Origin: Eledone cirrhosa
Taxonomy: Eukaryota
NCBI GenBank assembly: GCA_964016885.1
Contig: OZ024755.1
Location: 15,624,001 to 15,688,000, forward strand
Length of the DNA stretch: 64,000 nucleotides
Direction of reading: 5' to 3'
Shown here: positions 61,551 through 64,000 of the stretch, piece by piece
Layout: each line of letters starts with the position of its first letter
Numbering within the stretch: position 1 is the stretch's first letter
Notes under the pieces: generated by a model
Databases searched by the model: none
Told to the model about the DNA's origin: nothing
What the model saw: only the letters and a program-made list of their open reading frames with translations
Position numbers and translations under genes: made by a program

Positions 61551-61750
61551 CACAAGGCCAACAATTTTTGGGGAAGGAGAAAGACGATTAAATCGACACC
61601 AGTGCGTTACTGGTACTTTATATTATCACTCTCTTAGGATGAAAAGCAAAGCTACCCTCGGCAGGATTTGAACTCAGAACGTAATGTGCCATAAGTCTAT
61701 GCCACAAAGCATGTCTAACGTTCTACTAATACTGCCATTCTCACCGCCCT
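61551..61750 (-). mobile_element. SINE family 1, long subfamily
   Basis: GACGATTAAATCGACACCAGTGCGTTACTGGTAC...GGATTTGAACTCAGAACG...CACCGCCCT. Confidence 0.88.
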
Positions 61751-62768
61751 TTCTGTTTCCTAATAATACAGTCCAATAATTGGTTATTGTCAATCCAATG
61801 TATTCAGATATGTTTAATTAAGTCTTGTTATAATTGTTCATAAGATCGAAACACACAGCTGGCTCTAAGAATGTAAAAGAAATATATATTTAGTAATGTA
61901 TGTCTCAGCTATATTCTACATTTCAGGAGAATTTCTTTGCTGTTTATATTTTTTAGTTGTTTTTGCCTTTATTGCTATTGTTATTGTTATCTTTGTTGTT
62001 GTTATTTTTTCTTCTTGATTTGATGTTTGTTATTTCACTATTAATTGTGGGTGGTCTAAATTCAAGACTGTCGTTATTGAAGTGACAAGAATAAATGGTT
62101 AAATGAATCGGGGGAAAAAAAGAAAATATTTTTATTAAATTTAGAATATAAAACACTTTAATCTGAAACCATACGCTGAGATCTTTTAACAATGAGTAAA
62201 AGTGGAATAATAGGAAATATATGAAGAGGAAAAGCGAAGAAGAAAAAAACTAGAATTGCTGCCGGGGACAAATAAAAGGAAATAAAAGTGGGTGGAGTGA
62301 AGCAAACACAAAAGAGAAAAGGATAAAAAGAGAGACGGACAGAGGGAGGAAGCAGGGAGGGAAAGATAACGAGAAACTAAGAATACAAAATGGCGAATTT
62401 TTAGAGTAACAGATCGATTGATGGGAGAGGCAAGATATAGGAGAAATGTGTAAACGATACTTGAAGTAATTGGCTCATTTAATAGGCCTTACGTCAGAGA
62501 TAATCCGTCTGGGTCATTTAATTGACCCGACAAAGAAATAAATTATTAATCGGTCGTCCGTTTCTATTCTACCCCTGTTGCTTCTTTACTATTGTTTCTG
62601 TTTGCACGCAAAGTCTGAACGTTGGGAGTTACAGAAACAAAAACGTAAAGTAAATTCCCAGCTGGTCAGAACCTTAATTCGGTTCCTATCGAGAGTTGAA
62701 TCCATTTTACTTCATAAGAATTTATGATGAAAAGACATGAATACATACATATACATATATATATACAT

Positions 62769-62851
<83 letters not shown>

Positions 62852-62990
62852 TACATATATATATATTCATATATACATACATACATATATGTTGGCTTTT
62901 TAGCTTCAATTCTCTCATCGAGCGATCATAGAGCCATATGATAATTATATTATATTTTCGGTATCTTTACACACACACTCACACACACAT

Positions 62991-63017
<27 letters not shown>

Positions 63018-63022
<5 letters not shown>

Positions 63023-63126
63023 TTATTAAAATAAATATTTGCTCTACGGTTCTTATATATTTGATATATATTTATCCTTATCGAGCCCTCTTTGGATTTT
63101 AGTCTTCAAATTTATTATTATTACTA
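63018..63126 (+). mobile_element. TA-embedded element family B tail with a 15-bp inverted stub
   Basis: Inverted ATATTTATTAAAATA followed by AATATTTGCTCTACGGTTC...TTTATTATTATTACTA. Confidence 0.82.
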
Positions 63127-63191
63127 TATATATATATATATATATATATACGATATTAAATAAATGGAAACTATATTTATAAAACCATATT

Positions 63192-63257
63192 TATTTCATT
63201 ATATATATTTCAGGGATATCATATTAAAAATATGTTATGCCTTCTTCAGACAAAATA
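63192..63257 (-). ncRNA. Type I hammerhead ribozyme, left arm
   Basis: Mirror copy of 63418-63483. Confidence 0.75.
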
Positions 63258-63417
63258 CAATATAAACAGTCTTATAAATAGATAGATTCGACATACCTTT
63301 CAACTTCGACTTCTATTTGAAAAGTTGATTTGGTAGTACTACCAAATCAACTTTTCAAATAGAAGTCGAAGTTGAAAGGTATGTCGAATCTATCTATTTA
63401 TAAGACTGTTTATATTG

Positions 63418-63483
63418 TATTTTGTCTGAAGAAGGCATAACATATTTTTAATATGATATCCCTGAAATATATATAATGAAATA
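63418..63483 (+). ncRNA. Type I hammerhead ribozyme, right arm
   Basis: UAUUUUGU CUGAAGA AGG...CCU GAAAU AUAU AUA AUGAAAUA. Stem I has 8 bp including G-U pairs, stem III is palindromic (AU)n, and the cleavage triplet is AUA. Confidence 0.75.
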
Positions 63484-64000
63484 AATATGGTTTTATAAAT
63501 ATAGTTTCCATTTATTTAATATCGTAAATATACTCCAAATACTTGTTGAGTGCTTTTATATCAGTTATAAATATTTACTCGTTGTTAACCCAACAATTTA
63601 AATAAAACTTTGCATATATATATATATGTATGTATATATATATATATAGGGGTAGAACACTGGAAGGTAATATCTGTAGTGGTAGAGCACTGAGTCCATG
63701 GGACGAGTTAGGTAGAACTGGTAACACGACAGTTAGTTCACCATAACGAGAACAGTTGTTTCACCTTAGCGGATCTGTAATGATTATTGCATAATAGCTC
63801 CACACTAAAGTACATATAATGCAATAAATACGATAATGTAACATCTAACTTAACATTTATTTCATATATGTGTGTGTCTGTGTGTGTGTATGTGTGACTG
63901 GAATAAGTAGAAGAATAAATAAATGAATATGAGGTAAACATGGGTAGAACAGGTGGTAACCACTGTTACAATGAGGGATGCTGATGATGCGGTTGGTTAA

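Larger units (their letters stand above)
63149..63613. mobile_element. Fold-back HHR element family F: 378-bp spacerless palindrome plus ~87-bp tail
   Basis: 63149-63337 is the reverse complement of 63338-63526 (centre AGT|ACT), with no mismatch seen. Flanked by (TA)n. Confidence 0.9.

Overview
AT-rich, repeat-saturated eukaryotic DNA, probably intergenic or intronic. The SINE families and microsatellite load resemble octopod (Octopus-like) genomes; this is recognition, not a database result. No intact host protein-coding gene is supported, and almost all listed ORFs are read-throughs of (TA)n, (GA)n, (GT)n or triplet repeats. Recognisable content: large (TA)n arrays, a ~6.2 kb TA-rich satellite, about 18 tRNA-derived SINE copies in three families, decayed RTE and R4/Dong-like LINE fragments, hAT-Charlie and mariner transposase relics, and several MITEs. 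The main finding is a set of at least six unrelated, ORF-less small elements embedded in (TA)n tracts. Most carry minimal type I hammerhead ribozyme (HHR) motifs and share a fold-back layout: (TA)n, a short inverted arm, a pivot, an arm with a ~90-140 nt tail, (TA)n. One is a 378-bp palindrome that looks perfect by eye. Another is a terminally redundant 484-bp unit with a canonical HHR, consistent with a tandem or circular RNA template. They look like Penelope-like pLTR derivatives or retrozymes that target TA microsatellites. All alignments and folds were done by eye.
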